Below, in pieces: positions 1-9,475 of a stretch of 64,000 bases of DNA. How positions within the stretch are numbered: the first letter of the stretch is position 1; every line of letters begins with the position of its first letter. The position numbers and the translations under genes were made by a program. The stretch comes from Bacteroidota bacterium (GTDB lineage: Bacteria > Bacteroidota > Bacteroidia > Chitinophagales > LD1), in NCBI GenBank assembly GCA_016715625.1, contig JADJZU010000007.1, forward strand, positions 13,237 to 77,236, in the 5' to 3' direction. The notes under the pieces are model-generated. The model saw only the letters and a program-made list of their open reading frames with translations. It did no database searches and was not told where the DNA came from.

Positions 1-1485
1 TATGTTTGATGGTAGTAAAAGGGTACTTTTGTTTTGATCAGTTTCTGAAAACTGATTTTCCGCAGTTAATAAAACGATTTCGCCTAATGAATTAGTGAGC
101 ACAACAGCGACTATCCGGCTCTTATTTTCATTTAATTCTATAGTTAAGGGTCCAGCGGTAGGGTTTGGGTACAGGCGAAATAGGTTTTCTGAAATATCAT
201 TATTAATCGTAAGGTCGACATCATTCAAAAGTCTAGCTATGGCAAACTGAACAGAAGTTACATCGCTAGTCAATCTAGCTCTGCCACCCACCACAATTCT
301 GCCATTTGGCTGGAGTAGTAGAGATGTTAACAGTTCGTTTCGGCTTGCAAAATCAACTTGTACGGTTTGCGGAGGAAAGGAACTGTTGTCAGTAAAGCTA
401 CCATCGGTATTGCCGTCCGTCAGAAGTCGTATTACTTCCATGTTAGCATTGGATAATGTATCAATTGTAAAGCCAACGATGTATTTGCCATCGCTCTGGC
501 TGGCTATTGCATCAGCCCGATTGGCCTTAGAAATGGCACGAATGAAAACTCCATCACCGTTGAAGCTATTATCCAAACTTCCATTGGCTGATAATCTTGC
601 TACGAAACCTGCAGCAGTTGGGTTGGTAGTAGTAAAAGTACGGCCTGCAATTAGTAATCTGTCGGAAGCGTCTACAATCAAGTTAGCAGGGAGTGTAGAC
701 GAGATATCGGTGGGTGATAAGTCAATGTTTAAAAAGCCAACTGTGGCAAAGGTATTATCCTGAGTGCCATTTACATTTACTCTCGTTATAAAAGTCGTAA
801 TTTCCGAGCTGTCCACATTGGCAAAAGCGCTTACCAATTTACCGCTGCTTTGCAGAGCAATGCTACCGAACGAGTTGTTGACCAAGTTAGAAAGGGTTAG
901 TTTACCATCATTACTGAATGAAACATCTAATGTGCCATCTGTATTTAGACGAATGAATGCTGGTCGGTTGTCCGATGCAGCACAAACTACAATTTTTCCA
1001 TCCGGTTGAATCAACATGTCTCTGGTAGTTTCTACACCACCTAGATCTATTACTACTTGCCCGTCAAAGCTAAATGTAGAGTCATAGTTGCCATTGCTCA
1101 AAAGTCGAATAACCCAAATATCGTTGCTGAAATCTCTGTTTCCTGCAGCTACAATTTTTCCGCTATTGTCCACTGCTACACTAAACAAACCGGAGAAGCC
1201 ACTAAAAGGTAAAAGCGTGCCGGTACCATTGAAGGTATTGTCAAGGCTACCATCAGGATTATAACGAAGTAAAGCCGCTGTACCTGGCGAACCATCCAAG
1301 GTGAATCCAACAGCCACAATTTTACCATCGGATTGAATAGCCATGTCTGTTAACATATCTTCATCAAAACCGAAATCGTGTGTTACACGACCATCAGCAC
1401 TAAAATCAGAATCCAGCGATCCGATTTGTGAAAAGGAACAACTCAGTTGTAGTGTGGTGATAAATAGCGCTAGTATTTTCTTCAT
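1..1485 (-). CDS. Secreted repeat protein with a T9SS type-A C-terminal sorting domain; the 3' end runs off the window
   Basis: This gene is absent from the ORF track because no stop codon lies inside the window. Reading the reverse complement from the ATG at 1485 gives MKKILALFITTLQLSCSFSQIGSLDSDFSADGRV... in an unbroken 495-codon frame. It has at least seven LDxxFxxDGxx propeller-like repeats. The C-terminal part (window ~1-190) reads FRLYPNPTAGPLTIELNENKSRIVAVVLTNSLGEIVLL, typical of Por_Secre_tail domains. Confidence 0.75.
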   Translation of the reverse strand, partial: MKKILALFITTLQLSCSFSQIGSLDSDFSADGRVTHDFGFDEDMLTDMAIQSDGKIVAVGFTLDGSPGTAALLRYNPDGSLDNTFNGTGTLLPFSGFSGLFSVAVDNSGKIVAAGNRDFSNDIWVIRLLSNGNYDSTFSFDGQVVIDLGGVETTRDMLIQPDGKIVVCAASDNRPAFIRLNTDGTLDVSFSNDGKLTLSNLVNNSFGSIALQSSGKLVSAFANVDSSEITTFITRVNVNGTQDNTFATVGFLNIDLSPTDISSTLPANLIVDASDRLLIAGRTFTTTNPTAAGFVARLSANGSLDNSFNGDGVFIRAISKANRADAIASQSDGKYIVGFTIDTLSNANMEVIRLLTDGNTDGSFTDNSSFPPQTVQVDFASRNELLTSLLLQPNGRIVVGGRARLTSDVTSVQFAIARLLNDVDLTINNDISENLFRLYPNPTAGPLTIELNENKSRIVAVVLTNSLGEIVLLTAENQFSETDQNKSTLLLPSNI

Positions 1486-1504
1486 TCGTTAAAAGGATTT
1501 TATT

Positions 1505-1825
1505 TTAAGCCTGTGCTGTAGGTCCGAAATTCATTGGCATCATCGGTTGCTCTTTGTCATTGATGGTGCCGAACTGTTGCTCGTATTTTTTTACATTTTC
1601 TGCCAGTGCTTTCATAAAACGCTTGGCGTGCTCCGGAGTCAATAAAATTCTTGACTTAACTTTTGCCTTGGGAATGTTGGGTAATATACGAATGAAATCT
1701 ACCACAAATTCTTGAGGCGAATGTGATATGATAGCCAGGTTGGAATAAGTGCCTTCCGCTACATCTTCAGGTAATTCAATGTTGATTTGATTGTCGTTTT
1801 GTTTTAAGTCGCTCATCTTATTCAA
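1505..1825 (-). CDS. DUF3467 family protein
   Basis: The 106-aa ORF contains GTYSNLAIISHSPQEFVVDFI...ILLTPEHAKRF, which matches my recollection of the DUF3467 family common in Bacteroidota. Confidence 0.6.
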   Translation of the reverse strand: MNKMSDLKQNDNQINIELPEDVAEGTYSNLAIISHSPQEFVVDFIRILPNIPKAKVKSRILLTPEHAKRFMKALAENVKKYEQQFGTINDKEQPMMPMNFGPTAQA

Positions 1826-1979
1826 TTTTTATCTACGAATGTATTATTTGACAATTATTTTATGGGAGATTTATAGGCATAGGCAAAAAGAGAGGATGGC
1901 TATTGCTTATACATGGAAGCATTGAGAATAACATTTTCTATAAGTTGGGACCTTTTATACATTCATCAAAAAATATTTC

Positions 1980-4034
1980 ATGCGCTCTTTTGTAGTGTGT
2001 TTGCTTCTCTCTTTGGCCGGCTTTTCAAAGGCGCAGATAAATTCACAGGACGTAACCATCGTCCGCGATAGTTTTGGGGTGCCGCACATTTACGGTAAAA
2101 CCGATGCGGATGCAGCGTATGGCTTAGCATGGGCACACAGTGAAGATGATTTTAAAAGTATACAGCAAAATTTGTTGGCCGCCAAAGGAATGCTGGGTCA
2201 GGTAATGGGAAAAGAGGGTGTGTTGTTTGATTTTGGATTGCGTTTTTTTGGTATCGATACTTTAGTGGATAACAACTACGAGCGAGTTCTTTCGGCAGAT
2301 TTTCGAAAGTTGTTGAATGGCTATATACAAGGAGTAAATGATTATGCCATGGCACATCCGAATGAGGTATTGCTGCAAAAGGCATTGCCATTTAAGCCTC
2401 AGGACATGGTGAAGGGTTCCACCCTTACGCTTACGCTTTTTGCCGGGGCGGGTATTGCATTAAAATCCATTAAGGATAATCACATTGAACTTTTGCATCA
2501 ACCGAATGAAATTGGATCCAACTCTCTGGCTATTGCCCCCGCCCGAACAGAAGATGGAAAAGCCTGGCTACTCATCAATTCTCACCAACCCATAGAAGGC
2601 AGATTTGCCTGGTATGAGGCACACATCAAAAGCGATGAAGGATGGGATATCATCGGGGGATTGTTCCCTGGGGGAACAACCATTTTTGTTGGCAGCACAA
2701 AGAAATTTGGATGGGCACATACAACCAATTACCATTCGTTTGGTGATATCTATAAGCTGGAACACAAAGGCAATAAGTATCGCTACGATGGTGCATGGAA
2801 AACATTTGAAGTAAAGAAAGCGCATCTCCGGGTAAAGTTAGGCGGAGTGAAAATTGGTATTACCAGGCGCATTCGTGTCTGCGAATATGGTCCGGTGTTT
2901 CAGTCAAAGCACGGTTGGTATGCACTTCGCTATCCGGGTGCTATGGACTTTCGAGCTACGGAACAGTGGTATCGTATGAATAAAGCCAATAACTTAACCG
3001 AGTTTCAACAGGCGCTGAAAATGGAAGCCATCCCGCTTTTTAACATCACCTATGCCGATTGCGATGGCAATATTTTTTACGAGAGCGGATGTCAGGTTCC
3101 TTTGCGCGATAGCACCTTGAACTGGCACACCCCCATCACAGCCAATACCTCGGCTTTTAAATGGACTTCACTGGTGCCATACGAGAGAAAAGCCAGACTC
3201 TTAAATCCTGCATGCGGCTATTTGTTCAGTTGTAACCAAACGCAATATTCTGTTACCGGCAAATCCTGCAATTGGACCGGAGGTTTTATAGGCATTCAGC
3301 AATTTAATTACAACCGCGGGGAACGATACTACGAGATGCTGGAGGAGATAAACGAAAAGTATACCTGGGCCGATTTCAGGCGTATAAAATTTGACACCCG
3401 ATATTCTTCTTCAGCCAGTTATGCCAGAAATTTTGCTGCAGTTTTTAAGCTGGATGAGAAAAAGTATCCCGATATAGCGGATGCTATTACAAAGTTGAAG
3501 AAGTGGAATTTGGCCGGTGATGTAGACAATAAAGAGGCAACCATTGCTATGATTATGCAGGAAAAGCTCCAAAAAGAATGGAAAGTTCCTTTTGCCTTTT
3601 TAATGATTAAAAAAGAACCATTAACGGAAGAAAATGTGGTGGCACAGCTCCGGGCTACCCAAAAATTTATGCTTAAAACGTATGGGACATTAGATATTCC
3701 ATTGGGCGATGTACAACGTATGATTCGGGGAAATGTGAGTTTTCCGGCAAGTGGACTACGGGAGGTTTCTCGCGCGGCAGACCCTAAATTGTATGATAAG
3801 AAGAAAGGGATTTGGCGAATTGTAAATGGTGATGGATATATCCAGATGAATAGGTACTCTAAAGACGGGGCAGAAATCAATAGTGTGAATGCATACGGGG
3901 CCTCTTCGCATGCCGGCAATAAACATTACACCGACCAGATGCAGCTATTTAGCCGCCAGCAATTTAAAACCATGACGTTTAATTGGGAATCTATCGTGCG
4001 AAACGCAGAGAGAATTTACATACCGGGTCGCTAG
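1980..4034 (+). CDS. Penicillin acylase / acyl-homoserine-lactone acylase family Ntn hydrolase
   Basis: The 684-aa ORF has an N-terminal signal peptide. An internal GSNSLAIAP motif fits the Ser nucleophile exposed by autoprocessing. Length and layout are typical of the penicillin amidase family. Confidence 0.75.
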   Translation: MRSFVVCLLLSLAGFSKAQINSQDVTIVRDSFGVPHIYGKTDADAAYGLAWAHSEDDFKSIQQNLLAAKGMLGQVMGKEGVLFDFGLRFFGIDTLVDNNYERVLSADFRKLLNGYIQGVNDYAMAHPNEVLLQKALPFKPQDMVKGSTLTLTLFAGAGIALKSIKDNHIELLHQPNEIGSNSLAIAPARTEDGKAWLLINSHQPIEGRFAWYEAHIKSDEGWDIIGGLFPGGTTIFVGSTKKFGWAHTTNYHSFGDIYKLEHKGNKYRYDGAWKTFEVKKAHLRVKLGGVKIGITRRIRVCEYGPVFQSKHGWYALRYPGAMDFRATEQWYRMNKANNLTEFQQALKMEAIPLFNITYADCDGNIFYESGCQVPLRDSTLNWHTPITANTSAFKWTSLVPYERKARLLNPACGYLFSCNQTQYSVTGKSCNWTGGFIGIQQFNYNRGERYYEMLEEINEKYTWADFRRIKFDTRYSSSASYARNFAAVFKLDEKKYPDIADAITKLKKWNLAGDVDNKEATIAMIMQEKLQKEWKVPFAFLMIKKEPLTEENVVAQLRATQKFMLKTYGTLDIPLGDVQRMIRGNVSFPASGLREVSRAADPKLYDKKKGIWRIVNGDGYIQMNRYSKDGAEINSVNAYGASSHAGNKHYTDQMQLFSRQQFKTMTFNWESIVRNAERIYIPGR

Positions 4035-4212
4035 AATCGTTTCATCATTGGTGCAGTAAGGGCATAACCAGACTCCGGAAATTTTGGAGCCTGTTGAAGA
4101 CCTTGTTTGTATATTCAGTTGAGCTTGCCTGTATTTTTTGCGGCTAGTCAAAGTCACCCCCATTCGGTTATATTCGCACCCTTTTTTATTCGGAAAAGTA
4201 ACAGGATACATT

Positions 4213-6003
4213 ATGCAACACATACGCAATTTTTGCATCATAGCGCACATAGACCACGGCAAAAGCACGCTAGCCGACAGACTTATAGAAACCACCAAAA
4301 CTATCAGCGAACGAAATATGATGGATACGGTGCTCGATAACATGGATTTGGAGCGCGAGCGTGGCATTACCATTAAGAGTCATGCTATTCAGATGGATTT
4401 TGCCAGAAACGGGCAGAAGTATGTGATGAATCTGATTGATACTCCCGGCCACGTGGATTTTAGCTATGAAGTATCTCGCTCGCTGGCGGCTTGTGAAGGG
4501 GCGCTCCTGCTGGTAGACGCATCACAGGGTATTCAGGCGCAAACGATTTCCAATCTTTACCTGGCCGTGGAGCAGGGCTTAACGATTATACCCGTGGTAA
4601 ATAAGATTGATATGCCCGGTGCCAACCCCGAACTGGTAGAAGAACAAATGATGAATCTGGTGGGCTGTAAACGAGAAGAAATTATTCATGCCAGCGGACG
4701 AACCGGACTGGGGGTAGAAAAGATTTTTGATGCAATTATTGATCGCATACCAGCTCCTAAAGGAAACCCTGATGCTCCTTTACGCGCTTTGATTTTTGAC
4801 TCTATGTTCAACTCCTTCAGAGGGGTTATTGCCTACTTCAGAATTTTGGATGGTTCCATTAAGAAAGGCGATAAAGTAAAGTTTGTAAACACCGGTGCCA
4901 CCTACCTGGCCGATGAAGTGGGAATACTTCGTTTTGATTTGGAGCAGAGACCCGAGGTGAAAACCGGTGATGTGGGTTACATCATCACGGGAATCAAAAA
5001 TGCCAAAGAGATTAAAGTAGGCGATACCATTACGCAGTTCTCCAACCCGTGTGCCGAGGCCATTCATGGTTTTGAAGATGTGAAACCGATGGTGTTTGCC
5101 GGTATCTATCCCATGGATAACGATGACTATGCCGATTTGCGCGATTCGCTGGAAAAGTTGCAGTTGAATGACGCATCATTGGTTTTTGAGCCCGAAACTT
5201 CCATTGCTCTGGGTTTTGGTTTTCGTTGTGGTTTCTTGGGCTTGCTACACTTGGAAATTGTGCAAGAACGTCTGGAGCGGGAGTATGATATGACCATTCT
5301 TACCACCGTTCCTCAGGTAAGCTATGAGGCATACCTAACCAATGGAGATCAGATTACTATCAATAACCCTGCTGATATGCCCGACATTCAGCGAATTGAT
5401 AGGCTCGAAGAACCATACATCAAAGCGCAGGTGATTACAAAGCCCGAATACATCGGTAGTATCATGACCTTGTGTATGGACAAGCGTGGTATCCTTATTA
5501 ATCAGAATTACCTTACCGAAGATCGAGTAGAGTTGCACTTCGAAATGCCCTTGGCAGAAATTGTTTTTGATTTTTACGATCGTTTAAAATCTATTTCTCG
5601 CGGATACGCTTCTTTTGATTATCACCCCATTGGTTATCGCGAAGGCGATTTGGTTAAATTGGATATTCTGCTGAATGCCGAGCAGGTAGATGCCTTCAGC
5701 GCAATGATTCACCGCAGCAAAGCGGAAGAGTTTGGTAGAAAAATGTGCGAAAAGTTAAAAGAGATTATCCCTCGCCAGATGTTTATGATTCCCATACAGG
5801 CGGCCATTGGATCCAAAGTCATTGCTCGCGAAAACATATCGGCTATACGTAAAGATGTAACCGCCAAATGTTATGGTGGTGATATATCGCGTAAGCGGAA
5901 ACTTTTGGAAAAACAAAAGAAGGGAAAAAAGAAGATGCGTCAGTTTGGTAAGGTGGAAGTGCCCCAAGAGGCCTTCATAGCAGTGCTTAAACTAAACGAT
6001 TAA
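4213..6003 (+). CDS. lepA: Elongation factor 4 (LepA)
   Basis: The sequence [24 protein letters not shown] carries the G1 motif, and DTPGHVDF and NKID are also present. The LepA-specific C-terminal region ends with a Lys-rich tail. I moved the start from the track ORF (4138) to the ATG at 4213, which gives the canonical N-terminus. Confidence 0.95.
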   Translation: MQHIRNFCIIAHIDHGKSTLADRLIETTKTISERNMMDTVLDNMDLERERGITIKSHAIQMDFARNGQKYVMNLIDTPGHVDFSYEVSRSLAACEGALLLVDASQGIQAQTISNLYLAVEQGLTIIPVVNKIDMPGANPELVEEQMMNLVGCKREEIIHASGRTGLGVEKIFDAIIDRIPAPKGNPDAPLRALIFDSMFNSFRGVIAYFRILDGSIKKGDKVKFVNTGATYLADEVGILRFDLEQRPEVKTGDVGYIITGIKNAKEIKVGDTITQFSNPCAEAIHGFEDVKPMVFAGIYPMDNDDYADLRDSLEKLQLNDASLVFEPETSIALGFGFRCGFLGLLHLEIVQERLEREYDMTILTTVPQVSYEAYLTNGDQITINNPADMPDIQRIDRLEEPYIKAQVITKPEYIGSIMTLCMDKRGILINQNYLTEDRVELHFEMPLAEIVFDFYDRLKSISRGYASFDYHPIGYREGDLVKLDILLNAEQVDAFSAMIHRSKAEEFGRKMCEKLKEIIPRQMFMIPIQAAIGSKVIARENISAIRKDVTAKCYGGDISRKRKLLEKQKKGKKKMRQFGKVEVPQEAFIAVLKLND

Positions 6004-6007
6004 AGTA

Positions 6008-6868
6008 GTGCGCTCCTACAATATCTTTGACCTGTCGCGGAGGAGAATTTTTTTGCTCATCGGTACCTGTCTGGTATTTGCGCTCACCATTTTTTTATTG
6101 AACGAAGTTCTGGATATCCGTAATTTCTGGGATGGATTTTATACCGAAGAAGACATTCGCACTTTTTTTTGCGAGCGGACTCTGTGGGATAGGTTGGTGA
6201 GGCAGCCCATTAATACTTTCAGTAATTTTATTTACTGGATGGTAGCGGTGGCAGTGTTGCGGAGAGGTTGGAAAGATCAGCGCATTCAAAAACGCTACAA
6301 TCTCGTGTCGGCCAACCCTTTCTATAGTATCACCTTTGGGCTGATAATGTTTTATATTTTTTGTGCCAGCACTTTTTTCCATTCTTCTTTAATTCATGTG
6401 GCAAGTCAGCTCGATTTTTCTGCTGTTTATTCACTGTCTTTGTTTCCGCTAATGTATTATACGCACCGCGTGTGGCTTTTGCTGGCGGGTGTAGATAGTC
6501 ACCAACGACATCCACTAAGTACACGAACTGTGGTGTTTGTTTTTAGCATGCTTTATATTCTGCTCACTTTTTTTCTACCCGAGGGTGCCGAGAATTACAC
6601 CGTACTGGGCATTATTTTTGTGCTCATTCTCTTTGGAGTGGTGGTGGAAAAGAAAGACCCGGGCCGCACAAACAGACGATATCTTGTAGTAAGCAGCCTA
6701 AGTATTTTGATTGCTGTGATGTGGTTCGCTATGGATGTATATAAGGTGCTGTGTAACCCCGATAGTGTGTTGCAGCCTCACAGCTTGTGGCACTTTTTTG
6801 CCGGAGTGTCCTCCTTCTATTTTTATATGTACATCCGCAGCGAGCGAGGTGTTGTGTCACAAGCTTAG
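6008..6868 (+). CDS. Alkaline-ceramidase-like integral membrane protein
   Basis: The 286-aa polytopic ORF starts with GTG. FCERT...QPINTFSNF resembles the CE...NTxSN motif of the family. FFHSSL, QLDFS and a C-terminal HSLWH (HxxWH) line up with the His/Asp zinc ligands of ceramidase/PAQR-like families. Confidence 0.6.
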   Translation: MRSYNIFDLSRRRIFLLIGTCLVFALTIFLLNEVLDIRNFWDGFYTEEDIRTFFCERTLWDRLVRQPINTFSNFIYWMVAVAVLRRGWKDQRIQKRYNLVSANPFYSITFGLIMFYIFCASTFFHSSLIHVASQLDFSAVYSLSLFPLMYYTHRVWLLLAGVDSHQRHPLSTRTVVFVFSMLYILLTFFLPEGAENYTVLGIIFVLILFGVVVEKKDPGRTNRRYLVVSSLSILIAVMWFAMDVYKVLCNPDSVLQPHSLWHFFAGVSSFYFYMYIRSERGVVSQA

Positions 6869-7786
6869 AATCATTTCATCCCAGTTGAGCAAAGTATCTA
6901 TGTTTTTGCTGCGAAGGTATGTAGCAAGAGTTTCTCTGGGACCGGTGTGTGTCAACAATACAAAATCACCTCCCCATGCTCCTAATGATTTTACCGCTCC
7001 ATTAAAATCGACAAAGCGCTCCTCCTTTACTTTTGGAAGCGATAGGCTTTTCGCTATAATTTCTTCATGTGCCATTAGTAACTGCTCAAACTCAGAAAGC
7101 GTTGCACAACTCAATACCTGTTTAGTAATTTTATTCAAAGCTTGGATTGTAGCCCCTTTATTTCGCATATTATTTTTGTAGTGTGTGATGGCTTCGCTGC
7201 TCAGTTTCTTTTTTCCCTGGTACGCAAAATAAATGTGATGCTTAAACACGGGATTCCAATTTACTTCTTCCATAATAGGCGAAAACTCATTGCGTTGATA
7301 TAGGATAGGTTTGTGTGCCCCGGCACAGGCTACATCGTATCCGGAGCCGCCCAGTGTTTTCTCTAGCAATTCGTAAGCATTCACCTGGGCCCAGGCTGCC
7401 AGACAATAAATGAAAGTAGAACTGGAACCGAGCCCCCATTCATTGGGAAACTCTAATTGAGTTTCTACCGCAACATCATTATTGTTATTCAGAAATGCAG
7501 GATTTAGATTTCTGCAAAAAGAGAGCGCTCTTGACAGACGCATGGTAGCATCGTCTGCTGTTCCAACGCAACTAAAATCTCTTTTATCCAAAACGGTTTT
7601 GAGCCAAGGCTGCCGCTTATTGTTTAAAGCAACCCAATACAGTAAATTGTTACTACCACTCAGGTTTTGTAATCGAAGATGCTGTCCTAATTGGGTAGGC
7701 AGTGCTAATGCTTTGGCACCATCTAACACAAAATATTCGGCTGTAAGCAGCAGTTTGCCGTGTCCGTAAAAAGTGTTTTTGTCCAT
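6857..7786 (-). CDS. GHMP kinase, GYDIA-type (mevalonate-pathway-associated family)
   Basis: The 309-aa ORF contains GKLLLTAEYFVLDGAKALALP, the GHMP motif GLGSSSTF and GSGYDVACA. Confidence 0.7.
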   Translation of the reverse strand: MDKNTFYGHGKLLLTAEYFVLDGAKALALPTQLGQHLRLQNLSGSNNLLYWVALNNKRQPWLKTVLDKRDFSCVGTADDATMRLSRALSFCRNLNPAFLNNNNDVAVETQLEFPNEWGLGSSSTFIYCLAAWAQVNAYELLEKTLGGSGYDVACAGAHKPILYQRNEFSPIMEEVNWNPVFKHHIYFAYQGKKKLSSEAITHYKNNMRNKGATIQALNKITKQVLSCATLSEFEQLLMAHEEIIAKSLSLPKVKEERFVDFNGAVKSLGAWGGDFVLLTHTGPRETLATYLRSKNIDTLLNWDEMILSL

Positions 7787-7789
7787 GGC

Positions 7790-7978
7790 TTAAAAGAAAG
7801 GGATTGCATCCTTTAGTTTTTGAACGGCTTCTTCGTTCATCAATCCCATGGCTACGGCAGCCAGCAAAACCAACCAACCGATGCCTTTAAGCAGAAAGAA
7901 CACAAATACCACAATACCGCCTCTCTGCAGCCATCCTTTGGTAGTGTTTGAATTGATAGGTTCCTTAGTGTGTTCCAT
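7790..7978 (-). CDS. Small membrane protein (hypothetical)
   Basis: The 62-aa ORF has one clear hydrophobic helix ([27 protein letters not shown]). It ends 4 bp upstream of the GHMP kinase start, which suggests co-transcription. Confidence 0.4.
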   Translation of the reverse strand: MEHTKEPINSNTTKGWLQRGGIVVFVFFLLKGIGWLVLLAAVAMGLMNEEAVQKLKDAIPFF

Positions 7979-8042
7979 GCTGTTTCGCGTTGCGAATATG
8001 ACCTTTTACTCTACATTCGCCACCGCTAAAAACAAAAAAAAT

Positions 8043-9440
8043 ATGGCACAGTTCAGAAAAGAAAAAGACACCATGGGCATTGTGGAAGTGCCTGCAGATG
8101 TTTATTGGGGCGCTCAAACTCAACGCTCTATCGAAAATTTTAAGATAGCACAAGACATCAATCGTATGCCGGCTGAAATTATTCGAGCTTTTGCTTACCT
8201 CAAAAAAGCTGCTGCCATCACTAATTTTGAAGCCGGTGTGTTGCCGAAAGAGACGTGTGATATTATTGGGAAGGTGTGTGACGAAATTTTATCCGGACAA
8301 TTGCATGATCAGTTCCCATTAGTGGTGTGGCAAACCGGTAGCGGCACCCAAAGTAATATGAACGTAAATGAAGTGGTTGCCTACCGTGCGCATGTGTTGT
8401 TGGGAGGAAGTTTGCTGGATGAAAAGAAGAAAGTGCATCCAAATGATGATGTCAATAAATCGCAGAGCTCGAACGACACATTTCCAACCGCCATGCACAT
8501 TGCAGCGTATCAAATACTTGCTGAAAAGACGATTCCCGGCATTCAAAAATTGCGGGATACACTTGCCGCCAAGTCCAAAGAATATATGCACATTGTCAAG
8601 ATTGGCAGAACTCACCTGATGGACGCCACACCGCTTACTTTGGGCCAGGAACTTTCGGGTTATGTATCGCAGCTGGATCATGGATTACGCGCTATCAATA
8701 ATACGCTTGCTCACTTATCTGAACTGGCCCTCGGAGGCACAGCTGTCGGAACCGGAATCAATACACCACCACAGTATTCCGAAAATGTAGCCCGTCACAT
8801 CGCTACACTCACCGGTTTGCCGTTTGTAACTGCAGAGAATAAATTCGAAGCACTTGCCGCTCACGATGCAGTGGTAGAAGCGCATGGCGCTTTGAAAACA
8901 GTGGCTTGTTCACTCATGAAAATTGCGAATGATATTCGTCTACTCGCCTCTGGTCCGCGTTGCGGAATAGGAGAGATTTTTATACCCGACAACGAGCCGG
9001 GATCTTCCATTATGCCCGGCAAAGTAAACCCTACACAATGCGAAGCTATGACCATGGTTGCTGCACAGGTGTTGGGCAATGATGTAGCCATCAATATTGG
9101 TGGTGCTACCGGTCATTTTGAACTCAACGTGTTTAAACCGGTGATGATTTACAACTTTTTGCATAGCGCACGACTCATTGCAGATGTTTGTATTTCGTTT
9201 AATGATAAGTGTGCTGTAGGCATTGCACCGCTGGAAGAAAATATCAAAAACAACTTAAATAATTCGTTGATGCTGGTAACCGCTTTGAATACAAAAATCG
9301 GTTATTACAAAGCTGCAGAGATTGCTCAAACGGCACATAAGCAGGGTAAAACACTCAAGCAAACGGCTATTGATTTAGGCTATTTAACCGCTGAGCAGTT
9401 TGATGAATGGGTTGATCCGGCTACCATGGTTGGTTTTTGA
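8043..9440 (+). CDS. fumC: Class II fumarate hydratase
   Basis: The N-terminus reads [29 protein letters not shown]. The fumarate lyase signature [15 protein letters not shown] is present. The product is 465 aa from the ATG at 8043. The track ORF start at 7848 adds an implausible extension that overlaps the upstream minus-strand gene. Confidence 0.95.
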   Translation: MAQFRKEKDTMGIVEVPADVYWGAQTQRSIENFKIAQDINRMPAEIIRAFAYLKKAAAITNFEAGVLPKETCDIIGKVCDEILSGQLHDQFPLVVWQTGSGTQSNMNVNEVVAYRAHVLLGGSLLDEKKKVHPNDDVNKSQSSNDTFPTAMHIAAYQILAEKTIPGIQKLRDTLAAKSKEYMHIVKIGRTHLMDATPLTLGQELSGYVSQLDHGLRAINNTLAHLSELALGGTAVGTGINTPPQYSENVARHIATLTGLPFVTAENKFEALAAHDAVVEAHGALKTVACSLMKIANDIRLLASGPRCGIGEIFIPDNEPGSSIMPGKVNPTQCEAMTMVAAQVLGNDVAINIGGATGHFELNVFKPVMIYNFLHSARLIADVCISFNDKCAVGIAPLEENIKNNLNNSLMLVTALNTKIGYYKAAEIAQTAHKQGKTLKQTAIDLGYLTAEQFDEWVDPATMVGF

Positions 9441-9475
9441 TTTCCACCATCTCTCTTTACCATAACTTATCTTTT

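Noticed and set aside
386-1009. Two plus-strand ORFs (125 and 81 aa) from the ORF track.
   Set aside because: They lie antisense within an uninterrupted 495-codon minus-strand frame that has a signal peptide, recognisable repeats and a T9SS C-terminal domain. Their translations are low-complexity with no motifs.
6857-6868. A 12-bp convergent overlap of the ceramidase-like gene and the GHMP kinase gene.
   Set aside because: Short convergent overlaps are common in compact genomes, and nothing else here is unusual.
7848-8042. N-terminal 65-aa extension of the fumC ORF.
   Set aside because: The extension overlaps the minus-strand small membrane gene and has no fumarase homology. The canonical N-terminus starts at the ATG at 8043. 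The lepA ORF (4138-4212) and the peptidase ORF (9437-9475) were trimmed by the same logic.
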